64,000 nucleotides of DNA from Lama glama (Eukaryota). The notes under the pieces were generated by a model. The model was not told where the DNA came from, searched no databases, and saw only the letters and a list, made by a program, of their open reading frames with translations. Shown here piece after piece: positions 48,591 through 61,160 of the stretch. Both the position numbers and the translations under genes were made by a program. Position 1 is the stretch's first letter, and every line of letters starts with the position of its first letter. The stretch spans positions 17,796,001 to 17,860,000 of the forward strand of contig CM052816.1 of assembly GCA_028534125.1 (NCBI GenBank), given 5' to 3'.

Positions 48591-51500
48591 AAATTGAACG
48601 TCCATTGAAAAGGTAGGCTTCCTTTGGGAAGAAAACACACGCACACACACGTTCACAAATTTGAAACTAAATTTCCCCGTGCTTTCAGCGCTCAGAGAAT
48701 GCTGCACCAATACCGCGGCCCCTCTCTCATGGGATTTTTCCAAGGTGAGAGAATTTCAGCGTCCTCTCTCATTTTCTCTTTCTGTAAGCGCGCTGAGCTC
48801 TCAGACGTTGATCAAAACCTTGGTGTAGGCTCATTCGTTACCACTTACTATGCTTTCCTGATAGCCACAAGCTTCTGACCCAGCTTCTGAAAGATAAAAA
48901 TTCATTTGTAATCTGTCCTGAAGTCGACTCTTCTTCCATTGCCTTGCTATCTATGGTGGGGAAAAGAAAAGACAGCATTACAATACAAAATAGATTGAAA
49001 TTATAATTGAGAGAGAGCTAGTGGCTGCCCACCCCGCCCTCACCCCAGCCAGATGCTTAGTCAAATCTTGGTCTGCCTCTTCCTTCCTAGAGCCGAGGGT
49101 TGTAGCAGGAGCCTGGACCTTGGCGGAGAGCTGAGTAGGGGAAGGTACAGCACCTTCCTGACAGGTGTGGTGAGAACTGCACAAGCTCAGTTTTAACTGT
49201 AGATGTGGTTGGTATTCAAAAAATAGAGCCGTACCGTCGTCATTATTATCTTGATCATGGTTCTGTTTAAAAACTCAAAATGGCAGTTAGACGTAAGGGA
49301 GGCAGGACGTCAGTTTGATTATTTGACTTGAGGAATATATCATGATGCCAGAGAAAGCTCAGAAGAGGCAGTTTTTTGAATAGACGGGGATACATCTGCA
49401 GATGGCTTGAGAGTGTAGCCACGACAGAAACAGTGAGCCCTCTTCAGCCAAGGGAGACCAAGGGAGAAGAGGCATCTGAGAGACGTTTGCACATCACGGT
49501 GGTGTCATGAGGGTGAAACCTTGTGCGCCTCTCCTGGCCTCTCCTAGTCCCAGGGCCCCTCCCTCCTGCTTGAAAAGAAGCTTTTCTGGGAGAGATGGTC
49601 AGTCGGTCTTACACAGCAGGGGTTCTGTTCGTGATTCTCATTATTTCGAGACATAGAGTGAGCTAACAAACGAGTTAGTTTCAGGACACTTGAGGGGCAG
49701 TTCTGAGAGGTGGAGGCTCCACGACACTGGGGCGGAGGAGATGAGGAGGATGATCATGGGTCCCTAGAATGGAAAACTCCCTGCTCTCAGCTTTTCCAGG
49801 GATGCAATAGCGAGTTGCCTTGGGGGCAAGTCCTTCATATTTGACTCAACTTTACCACACAGAAGGTTCTGCGTTAGGAACCAGTGCAGCTGTCCTGTTA
49901 CATATCTGCCTGGGAATCTCAAGAAGACAGTTTCAGGGGCCTGTGTCCTCCCACCCCAGCCTAGAGTGTATCCATTTACTTGGGCATCCTTGACCTGGCT
50001 ATGTTTTGTCCAAGCTTGAATCTCCTAAGTGGCCCTTTCCAGCATATCTCACGTTGGGAGTAGGATGAGGCTAACACCCATGTGAGTCCTCTGCATCCCA
50101 CCCTAGCAAGGGATGTGCACAATGGATGCTATGAAACCAGATTTAGAAGTTGAATGTCAAAGACCAAAAGATTATTGCTGACAGGGGGTTTGATCAGAAT
50201 TGTGGTCAAGTAACACTCCAAAACAAAAAAGACTATCAAAAGACTGTCACAAATTACTTGAAACCAAGTTTTTTTTTTTTTAAAGTTCCTTTTTATGGGA
50301 ACTGGTAATCCTGTGGAAGTACGACCCTGAGAGGTATTACAGAGGCTGGAGAGGTCTAGATTCCTGTCCCTGCATCCCTCCAGATCTTAGAACTTAGGGG
50401 ACTCTGTCTGAAACCAGGCTAATCCCTGGGAAGTGTTCGGAGCTTCCAGACAGTAGCTTGGAGAGTGTAGAATTGTATCCCCTTATTTTTTTGGCCCCAT
50501 TTGGATCCCAGTCTGTGGCTCAGTTCCTTCAGGGCCTCCCCCGGCTCCGGGACGTGGCATCTACACTTCTCTCAGGCCCCTCCCCGCACCTTGCTTCCCC
50601 AGGTGTTGGACGGTGGCTGCTGCGGGGTCCCTTCACCTGCCAGGCTCCGGTCTGTGAGTCTGCACCTGCCAGTCTGTCCTTTCCACCCGGATCTTCTGCC
50701 TCAGCTTTCCCTGCAGACTGTTCCCCGCCATGAGCACTGTGTGCAGCACGTATGTCGGCCAATGCCTGGCATAGATTAGGCCATCTTCAATCATGTGTGC
50801 AGTGACTTAACTGGGGAAACGTATAGGCTCTTAAGGTTCTCGGAGTACTTTCACGGACTTGGGCTTGTGGCTGTTGCAGTCCTTGCAAAGCTTGGGGATT
50901 GTGGGTGACTTAGGTCCCTACGTTGAAGAGGCAGTTTCGGGGACTCGGAGACACCCATTTCTGGCCTTGTTTGCTTCAGTTGTTCTGGGACGTGACCTCA
51001 GGCTAGACCATAACTGCTGTGTGTGTTTCTGGCTCCTCTGGTTTGGGACAGATGGCTTCATCCAACCTGAGCCCTGGCAGTTCTTCTGTCTGCCTGTATC
51101 CTGCCTCCCTGACTTAGGAAGAGGACTCAGGGTATCTCAGGAAGCAAACGTTTCTTGCTTTGATGTCAGAAGTGTAGTATCCTTTGGAATAAAACATTCC
51201 TTACAGTGTTTCCTCAGTCTCTCATGACCACACAGAGAACATTTCTGGACAAAGGAGGGAGTACCTGGAGGTAGCAAGAGATTGTCCTCATTTGGGTTGA
51301 CAGCTTCCGGTCCAAGAACCATATGTATTTCTTTTGTGAGATTAAACACTAGATTAAACACTGATTACCTCGGTGTCCAATAGGAAACTTGCCTATTCAG
51401 GAAAACTGCAGTGAGCTAAAATGACACTGATCTGTGACTTCACGTGCCTTGCTTCTGAAGACCTCTAAGCCCTGTTTAAAATGTAAATTTAAAGCTTAAG

Positions 51501-52559
51501 ACAACGTTCTGACAGCGGTTTTGCTTTGGCTTGGTTTTTTTCTAAAACTGAGAGCAGTGATTGAGTCTGGAGGTAGTGAGTAATGTCTTCATCCACCCAG
51601 CATCTGTCCATCCGTTCACCCGTCCATCTGTCATCCAGCCATCCAGCATTTTGTAAATGCTTAATCTGTGCCAGGTCCTGTGCTGTCTCTCCCCTAAGCA
51701 AGATGACAAGAGATTGACACCAAATACATCACTAATATGTTACTTGAGTGTCCGCGTAGGGAGTGCTCTTCTGTTCCAAGTAACAATTATCTACAGCTGG
51801 GCTGTTTTCCATCTCTTTATGGAGTTGGATTTTTGTCTGGGACTCTGGAGGTTTTTTTATTGTTTTCTGGGTAGATTTGTTAGAATTTTGACCTACTGTT
51901 GTAGTCTCAGTGGTTGGAAGAGCTAGACTTCACCTCATGTAGCTGAGACAAGAAAACTAACCTAATTTAAAAATCATATATCCACTAGATCATCACCTTG
52001 AAAGCAAGGATTATGTCCCATTTATTTGTCTTTATATCCCTAGTGTAGGGTCTGTTGCATGCATGGACACAACTAAGTATAAACAGGAATTTGTAGCTTA
52101 TCTGTTACATGTTTAATTGCAGCAGTATTTAAATAAATACATGTCCAGTTTAAATTTGGTGCCTTTCCCCTTGTCTGTTACGAGTTATTATTCTTTCTAC
52201 ATACGGTGGAGACACACCTGCTTCTCAATTTACTCTGAGGCTTCTGGTTCCAATTGGCATCTAAAATGTCTGTGATGTTTTACCCAGTCTCTTCCTGTCA
52301 TAACCGTCCTGAATACTTTGCTCTTTGGGGTCTAGTGTACTTGATTTGTTGCCTCCTGGAGCAGAGGGAGATCACGGTCATGGCCACTAGCGTACCCAGT
52401 ATCTTCTCTTTCCCACAGAAGGCTGCTCTCCGTCTGACTTCCCATGAGTCTTTAACTGTATATCTTCAAGTTTTGATGCAAACTCATTTATCCTTCCCCT
52501 AATCCATTATTTACCCTCCAGATATATATGATGGAACTTGCCAAGAGGCCAGTGTTGTA

Positions 52560-52790
52560 TACTGGTCAGCACATGGGCTGTGGTATCAGATAGCCATGCA
52601 GCTGAAGCCCAGCCCCAGGACTTCCTAGCTGTGTGGTTTGGGGCAAGCTTCTTAACTTCTCTGAGAGTCAGTTTGCACATCTGTGACAACCAAGAGAATA
52701 AGACCTATCTTAAAAGGTTATTATAAGAATGAAATGAACTCAATGAGATAATTATGAAAGCAGGTGGTTCTGAAAGGTGCTCAATTAATA
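52560..52790 (+). mobile_element. MIR SINE
   Basis: cttcctagctgtgtggtttggggcaagcttcttaacttctctgagagtcagtttgcacatctgtgacaa...gtgctcaattaata. Confidence 0.85.
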
Positions 52791-52949
52791 TAGGTTTCCC
52801 TTCTTCCTATAGGTAGCACATACGCACACACATGAATAGTCTGGACTGCACTGTGTGTGGTTTGGTAACACACTGCCTTCTGAAAGACCTCGGTGTTCTA
52901 CAGTCAGTCTTGCCAACACGTAGCAGACACCATTGGTTGTCAATCGCAG

Positions 52950-53385
52950 ACCCACTCGGTTCTGGTTTTGTTTGAGGAAGAATGTGCTCAGCTACCTTCT
53001 TATTTTCCCAGTCTCTCTTCCAGCTGGGGGTGTGAAGTCAGCCTGTGAGTCAGTGCTGGCCAATGAAATGCAAGGAAGGCCCTCTGGAGCTTTCTGAGTT
53101 TTTTACTTTCATGAAAATCAGGGAAAGGCACAGCTGGTGCTGTCCCTCCTCCCTGTAGAGGTTTGTGTGGAGCTGGAGCAGCCATTGTGTGACTACAAGG
53201 TGCCAAGCCTGAGGATTAAAGTCTACTCATTAAGGATGATGGGCAAAAGCGTAGCGAGAAGCTGCATCCCTGCTGACTGCCTTTCTCCAAACTTGTGTCA
53301 CAAGGTAAACCCCCAGGGAAGACTTATGCCACTGTTCTTCAAGCTTTCTGGTACTTGCAGCTAAACACATTTTTCTATTGACACA
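52950..53385 (+). mobile_element. MLT1-family MaLR LTR
   Basis: ttttcccagtctctcttccagct...ctggccaatgaaatg...ggagctggagcagccattgtgtgac...tacttgcagctaaacacatttttctattgaca. Confidence 0.75.
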
Positions 53386-53825
53386 GACCACATTCCTCTT
53401 ACAGAGCATTTGCTCAGAGACAGGCAATGCTGGTGTGAGGTCAGGAGCCCCCAAGGAGTCAGGGCCAGTGGCATCTTGGTATCTAGGGAAGGGGAGATCC
53501 AAGAGGAGCTCAGGAGCATCACTCAGAGTGTCAGGAGATATGCTGGGTGTCTCAGGAACATCTAGTCCCCAGAACTAGGCACAGGGGCTTGGATTGTCCT
53601 GGAGTGGGAGCATCTGACCTGTAAGTAAAGTATGTTTGTGTATCAGGTGTTCCTCATCCTTACAAAGATTTTCGATAAGAAAGCAGAAAGGATATTCTGT
53701 GGTACAAATAAGTGAGGCATGTTGGACCAGAACACAATGTACATGAAGGTGAGTGGAGGAACCGCCCAGCTGGAGGAGTCAGGTGTGTGGTGAAAGGCAA
53801 TAGACACATGCAAATTTTTAAAAAT

Positions 53826-54799
53826 ATATTTTTATTGAAGTATAGTCAGTTTATAATGTTGTGTCAGTTTCCAGAACATAGCACAATACCTCAGTTATAT
53901 AGGAACATACATATATTCGTTTCCACATTCTCTTTAACCATAAGGTACTACAAGATATTGAATATAGTTCTCTGTGCTATACAGTATAAACTTGTTGTTT
54001 ATCTATTTTATATATAGTAGTTAGTATCTGCAAATCTCAAACTCCCAATTTATCCCTTCCCACCCCCTTCACCCCCTGGTAACCGTAAGTTTGTTTTCTA
54101 TGTCTGTGAGTCTATTTCTATTTTGTAAATAAGTTTGTGTTTTTTTAGATTCCACATATAAGTGATATCACGTGGTATGTTTCTCTCTCTCTCTCTCTTA
54201 TTTTATTTAGAATGACGATCTCCAGGTCCGTCCATATTGCTGCAAATGGCATTATTTTATTCTTTTTATGGCTTAGTAGTATTCCATTGTATAAATATAC
54301 CACAACTTCTTTATCTAGTCATCTGTCGATGGACATCTAGGTTGTTTCCATGCCTTGGCTATTGTAAATAGTACTGCTATGAACACTGGGGTGCATGTGT
54401 CTTTTTGAATTAAGGTTCCCTCTGGATATATGCCCAGGAGTGGGATTACTGGAGCATATGGTAAGTCTATTTTTAGTCTTTTGAGGAATCTCCATACTGT
54501 TTTCCATAATGGCGGCACCAAACTACATTCCCACCAACAGTGTAGGAGGGTTCTCTTTTCTCCACACCCTCTCCAGCATTTATTATTTGTGGACTTTGAA
54601 TGATGGCCATTCTGACTGGTATGAGGTGATACCTCATTGTAGTTTTGATTTGCATTTCTCTGATAATTAGCAATATTGAGCATTTTTTTTCATGTGCCTA
54701 CTGGCCATTTGTATGTCTTCCTTGGAGAATTGCTTGTTTAGGTCTTCTGCCTATTTTTGGATTGAGTTGTTTTTTCCTTATTAAGTTGTATAAGCTGTA
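53826..54799 (-). mobile_element. Young 5'-truncated L1 (camelid-like), antisense
   Basis: ttattgaagtatagtcagtttataatg. ORFs 54315-54683 and 54473-54673 give L1 ORF2 C-terminal peptides ([39 protein letters not shown]...LLGIYP). Confidence 0.95.
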
Positions 54800-57020
54800 C
54801 ATGTTCATTATAGAATATTTTAAAAATTCTGAAAAGTACAAGGAATAAAGTTTTTAAATTACCCATAGTCTTCCAAACTGAGTATAATCACATCCTACTT
54901 TAAAATTGTTATTATTAGCTTAATACTACTTAATAATATTCCCATATCATCAATTATTCTTTTAAAACCTGATTTTTAATGGCTTCCTGGTGTCTGATTT
55001 TATAAATGCAGTGTAATTTTTATAACTAGTCCTCTACTGAGCATTTAACTTCTCTCTAGTTTTTCATTATTATAAACACCACTTTTATGAACAACATGAA
55101 GTATTAATTTTGTACTCATTTGTTTTCAGAGGATACAGTCCTGGCAGTAGAATTTCTGGGTAAAAGTATGTGCATAGTAACTCTTGTTACATACTGGCAG
55201 AATTTCTTTCAGAAAATGTATATCATAAGTAATGTATGGGAATGCCTATTCAGAGGACACATCAATTTTTAAAAGAAGTTTTCTATTGTGTAAGTTTAAA
55301 AAAAGGTCCTTTTATTAGTTAGGATTTGGCTCAGTAGTACATAATCAACACTCTGGTGCTCAAATAAGTGATTTGAGCAAAAGAGAGTTTATTTCATTTT
55401 CATACAAAATAAATCAAATGGTAGGAAGTTTACGGCTGGTAGGAACACCTCAGTCATCAAGAACCTTTCCATTTTGTTGCTCTGATGACCTTAGCATGCA
55501 GCCTCATGGTCCAGCATATCTGCTAGAGCTCCAGCCATTTCATCTGGAGTCCACTCAACAGGAAAAGGGGACAAGAAAACAAGGGCACAGTATTTTTCCT
55601 TCAAGGTGACCTCTGTGAATCCGGATATAGTTCAGCTTACACTTCAGGGGCCAACTTAGTCTGAATGCAGTCAGAGTCTAGTTGCATGGTCCTACCTGGA
55701 TGCTGGGAATGTAGAGTTTTAAGCTGGAAAACAATATGCCAGCTAAAAGACAGAGTTCTGATTACTAAGAAAAATAGAATAATGTATCTTGGGAGACAGT
55801 TATCTGGTTCCATCAAAGTTTGATTTTTTTTTTTACTTCTTTGACTACATTTCAGGTTTAACTTTTTTTCACGTGTGTTTCATAGCATATGTTATACATA
55901 CTATTTGTAATTGTTATTTCTGAATTGCCTCGTATATTCTATTCTTTCCTTTTCACAGTATTGGTCTTTTTCTCAATAATTTATAAGGTGATTATTTTAC
56001 ATAGTAAGGGTATGAATCAATCATTGATTCATTTATGTATTGATGAATGATTGATTCATACCCTTAATATATGTTTCACTTTCCCCCCTAATTTGTTGCT
56101 TGCCTTTAATGGTGTTTTCTGATAGACTAAGATTTTGATGTTTTTATCCAGTTAGGTGTATCATTCTTTCCTTTGGAGTTTCTGGCTTTGATGTATATTT
56201 AGAAATCTCCTCCACTCTGAGGCCAGAGAAAAATTTCACCTGTATTTTCATTTTGTTCTTTCATGGCTTGAATTTTTCATATTTGATGCATTAGGCCAGT
56301 GGCATTCAGACAGAAAGAGTTTATATTGTGAGCCAGTACTTAAAGCTTCCACCAAGTGATACTCACTCTTAGTCTGTATATTTCCTGCTCTCTGCCATTA
56401 TCCTTTATATTTCAGAAAGTTATGTTCATCATCCACTCACAGGTTGTGCCCAGTAGTTGAAAAAATACTGCTTCATTCAATCATTTCCTTAATCTGGGGT
56501 ATACTGTGAGAGATGGAACTGTAAGGGTTTGTTGTTTTTCTTTTCTAAACAGCCAGTTTTCTTCATGATTTTCACTCTGCTATTCATCTTTTCGTCTAAC
56601 TACACGCTATCCTCTTTTTCACATTTTTCATGGCCATGCTTGCTTGTTCTCCCAGATGATCCTAAAAACCATTTTGAAAACTTGCAGAAGATGAGCTTTA
56701 GATGGGATTTACAAAGTAATTTGAGACGAAGTGATAACTTTACAGTTAAGTTGTTCCATCTGGAAACGTGGCACACCTCTCTTCTCAGCTTCCTCGGGAA
56801 ACGTCTGCCGTTTCCCCTCTTCCGGGCTCCTAGATTTCTCATTACACCTCTGACGAGGCAGTTGATGTTTGTGATTGCTTTTTGTGAGTTTTTTATTTTT
56901 GTTAAAATGATTATTTCTTTCAAAGAAGAAATCTTGATTCTGATAGTTTTACTTTATCATTTTGGATCTTCTATAGAAAATGATCTCTGCAGAGAACGGG
57001 CATTTTATCTTCCTCTCCAG
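54800..57020 (-). mobile_element. Ancient L1ME-like fragments interrupted by an MLT1 LTR and a hAT element
   Basis: T-rich degenerate L1 motifs (agtagaatttctgggtaaaagtatgtgcat; tttctggctttgatgtatatttagaaa). MLT1-like block at ~55315-55810. Confidence 0.6.
56297..56470. mobile_element. Charlie4-like hAT DNA transposon remnant
   Basis: Degenerate termini cagtggcattcaga ... ttgaaaaaatactg; internal tattgtgagccagtac. Confidence 0.55.
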
Positions 57021-57040
57021 TGCAAAATTTGTATATATAT

Positions 57041-57496
57041 ATTTTTATTGAAGTATAGTCAATTTACAGTGTTGTGTCAATTTCTGGTGTACAGCACAAT
57101 GTTTCAGTCATACAGGAACATACATAGATTCGTTTTCATATTCTTTTTCACCATAAGTTACTACAAGATATTGAATAGAGTTCCCTGTGCTATACAGTAT
57201 GAACTTCTTGTTTATCTGTCTGTCTGTCTGTCTATCTATATTAGTTACTGTCTGCAAATCTCGAACTCCCAATTTATCCTTTCCCACCCCCTTACAATAA
57301 GTTTGTTTTCTATGTCTGTTGTAAATAAGTTCATCTTTTTTTTTTTTTCAGATTCCACATATGAGTGATATCATAGGGTATTTTTCTTTCTGTTTCTGGC
57401 TTACTTCACTTAGAATGACATTGTCCAGGTCCATCCATGTTGCTGCAAATGGCATTTTATTATTTTTATGACTGAGTAATTTTCCATTGTATAAAT
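57041..57496 (-). mobile_element. Young L1 3'UTR fragment (camelid-like), antisense
   Basis: tttttattgaagtatagtcaatttacagtgttgtgtcaatttctggtgtacagc; same family as the 27971 and 53826 copies. Confidence 0.95.
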
Positions 57497-57519
57497 AATT
57501 TTAACAAACAGCTGCTATT

Positions 57520-57760
57520 TTGTGATGACTCGCTATTGTTAAACACTGTGTATCGTGTGTAAGTTTCCGTATCATCATCATCCCGAAAGCCCAGTAATGG
57601 GAGGTACTGTGATCTCCATTTAAAGATGAGAAAATAGACCTTTTTGATTCCAGCGGCTCAAGGTCATGTATCTAGTAAACAGCAGAGGTGGGATATGAAC
57701 CCAGATCAGTCTGACTGGTAGACCTGGGCTTCTCGGTACGTAACCTCTACTGCCTCTCTG
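57520..57760 (-). mobile_element. MIR SINE
   Basis: atctccatttaaagatgagaaaatagac...ctcaaggtcatgtatctagtaaacagcagaggtgggatatgaacccagatcagtctgact. Confidence 0.85.
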
Positions 57761-58084
57761 TTATACGTCTCTTTTGTGTCTCGTGGCTTTAGATGAAACT
57801 TCCAGAATGGAGTAAATGAAATAGTTCTTCACTAAGTTGCCATGGTGCCGTGATTTTCAGTTTTGCTGGGCACCCGGGTGAATCAGGGCTGTGCAGGCCT
57901 TGGCACCGTTGGTCTCCCCGTGCCTGGTCTCCCCGGCGCTGCCTGCAGAGGCCCTTTCCTCGCTGCCTCGGCTTCGTCAGTCCTCGGTCATCCTTCATGC
58001 TTAGAGCACTGTGTACCTCTCTTTGAGCATGTGAGAGCCAGCAAAATTCTGCCATTTCCCAAAGTTCTTAATTCAACGTTCACT

Positions 58085-61000
58085 TTTTACATAAACTTCT
58101 CATTTTAGGTAAGTTTTAGATTTACAGAAATATTGCAAAGAGGGTACAGAGTTCCCATATACCCCACAGCCGTTTTCCCCTTACTTCTTACACTGGGATG
58201 GCGCGTTTGTCATAGTTAATGAACCAATACTGATACATTATACTCAATTAAAGTCCACGTTTTATTCAGATTCCCTTAGTTTTTAACCTAATGCCCTATC
58301 TCTGTCCCAGGATTCCACCCAGGACACTATATTGTGTTTAGCTGTTAAGTCTGCTGAGGCTCCTCCGGGCTGTGACAGTTTCTCAGTTTCTCCTTGGTTT
58401 TGATGACCTGGACGGTTTTGAGGTGCACGGGTCAGTTGTTTTCTAGAATGTCCCTTAATTGGGATTTGTTTGATAGTTTTCTTGTGACTAGGCGGGAGTG
58501 GTGGGTTTTCAGGAGGAGGACCACAGAGCTAAGTACCATGTTCATCTCATCATTTCGAGGGTACGCACTGTCACCGTGACTTACCGCTGTTGATGCGAAC
58601 CTTGGTCACCTGGCTGAGGTGGTGTTGGTCAGGTTTCTCTGCTGTGATCTTACTCTTTTCCCCTCTTTTCTTACTGTGCTCTTTGGGTGGAAGTCACTAT
58701 GCACTATCCACGCCGAAGGAGTGGGGAGTTAACGCTCTCTCTCGTTGAGGATGGAGCGTCTACATAAATTATTTGAAATTCTGTACCAAAGATTTGTTTC
58801 TTCTTCTGAGTTAAGTTTTTATTTACGTATTTATGCATTCATTCATTCAATCAATCAAACATATATTTATGGGTTCATAGACATTTACTTTGTACTTGAG
58901 GTTAAAATCTCAAACTAACTAGTAGAGTAATCCAGTGCTAAGATTTTGTTGTTCATGCTGATCCAGCTTCAGACACAGGGAGCTCTTTCTGGGGTCTCCT
59001 CTGTTTCTTTGATGTACCCTTGCTGTGGTTTATTTGATTCATTTACTTTTGAGTACTTCTTAACTTTCTGACACTGTAAGATGCGTCTGGAGCATCCTTA
59101 TCCCAGCCGCAGTCAGCCGTTTCTCCAAGCCGCCCTGGTTATGTTTACTGAAGAAGAGTGTTAGATGCCAAGATCTGAGTTCCTGGGCCCCAGGTGTGCT
59201 CATTGCTGCTGCAGTGTCACATCTCTGCTCTCTTAGCTGACAGAACACGGAATGTATGTGTGTGTACTAACACACACGTTTGTAAATTCTTCTGTATGTA
59301 TCCATCTGCATCTCTTGTAAGCCAAATATGAGATCCTACTGGTGTCTCCTGCTCTCATCCATCACCATGTGGATCGTTAGAGCCTCTTCCCTTGCTTGTC
59401 TAAGATCTCCACTCCCACAATGAGAAACCTGGCCCCTGAGTCCGCCATCCATGCAGGTAAGTCTGTAACCATTGTGTGCATGTACATATGGTGGTATCAG
59501 ACTGCTGACCCCTATCTCTGTGGGAAACGACTGTATCAGCTAGTGCACAGTGCTTGTGTTCAGGCCTTTGGCCTTTAGTCTTATAAGCTCCACTTGTTTC
59601 CAAAGCTGCTCAGGTCAGCACTTCTGTCATATAGTTAGTTTTGTCACCTTCTGGGAACTCCCAACCCCCTAAATGATTTTTTTAATTTACATGTATTAAA
59701 GTTCACTCTTTGTGCTGTAATGTTCTCTAACTTTCGGCAAATACATAAAGTCATATAGCCACTCTTACAGTGTCATACAGAATAGTTTCACCACTCTAAA
59801 AAAAATTCTCTGTGCTTCACTTTTCAACCACCCTCCCTCACCCACCTCAAGTCCCTGGGAACCACTGATCTGTTAACTGTCTCTACTGTGTTGCCTTTTC
59901 TAGAATGTCATATAAATGGAACCATACAGCATATAATCTTTTTGTACAGGCTTCTTTCACTCAGCAGTATTCACTTCAGTTTCATTTAAGATTCATCCAT
60001 GTTTTCTTGTAGCTTGGTATGTCATTCCTTTGTATCAGTGAATAGTATTCCATTGTATAGATGGTTCATGATTTGTTTACCCATTCACCTGTTAAAGGAC
60101 ATCTTGGTTGCTTCCAGTTTGTGCAATTTTGAATAAAGCTGATACAAACATTTGAGTGCAGCCTTTTGTGTTGCCATAAATTTTCAGATCACTTGGGTAA
60201 ACACCTTGGAATGCTATTGCTGGATCATATGGTAAGATGTTTAACTTCAAAAACAATCGCCAAGCTGTCTTCCACAGTGGCTGCACCATTTTATTCCTAC
60301 AGTGGTAGTGAGAGTTTCTGTTGCTTCCCATCCTTGCCAGCAGTTGGCATTCTCTTCTTTTTCCTGACATTCTCCTGTGTGTGTGTGGTAGTGTGCCCGT
60401 GTCGTGTTAATTTGTATTTCCCTAATGACGACTCTTGGTGAGAATTTTTTCACGTGGTTATTTTCCATCTTATTAGGTGAGGTATCAGTTAGGTCTTTAT
60501 ATATTTTTAATTGGATTGTTTCTTTTCCTGTTGTTCAGTTTTAGGAGTTATTTCATATTGGGTGCAAGTCCTTTGTTGGCTATGCATTTACACATCTTTT
60601 CTCTCAGGTTGTGGCTTGTGTTTTACTTCTCCTACCAGTGGCATTCGCTAGAGGAGAAGTCTTTTTTATTTTTTAAAGCCCAACTTCTCTATTTTTTCAT
60701 GAATTATGCTTTTGGTGTTAAATCTAGAAATTCATCACCAAACCCAAGATCATATAGATCTTCTCCTGTATTTTCTTCTAGAAGTTTTATAGTTTTCCAG
60801 TTTCCATTTAGGCTGATCATTCATTTTGAGTTAATTTCTGTGTAAGGTATAAGGGCTCTGTCTGGGTTCGTTCTTTTGCATTTGGATATCTAATTGTTCC
60901 AGCACCATTTATAGAAAAAACTATCCTTTCTCCATTGAATGGAATCCATTGACTTGCTCCTTTTTCAAAAATCAGTTGACTGTATTTGTGTGGGTCTACA

Positions 61001-61160
61001 TCTCAGTCCTGTATTCTATGCCATTGATCTATTTATCTACTTCTCCCCCCACCTTTTTTTAAACCACTGCCACACCATCTAGTTACTGTAGCCTTATAGT
61101 AAGTCTTGAAATCTGGCGGTCTGGGCACTCCTACTTTGTTTTCTTCTTCAGTATTACAAC
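58085..61160 (-). mobile_element. Old L1MC/MD-type element, about 3 kb (long 3'UTR plus ORF2 3' part), antisense
   Basis: agttttagatttacagaaatattgcaaag...cttggtcacctggctgaggtggtgttggtcaggtttctc; ORF2-derived peptides QPLWKTAWRL...PYDPAI (60092-60370) and PDFKTYYKATV (61033-61221). Confidence 0.9.

Noticed and set aside
56529..57368. Longest ORF in the track (279 aa), hydrophobic
   Set aside because: It reads through the T-rich antisense strand of old and young L1 sequence. The F/L/I richness is compositional and it crosses a repeat junction.
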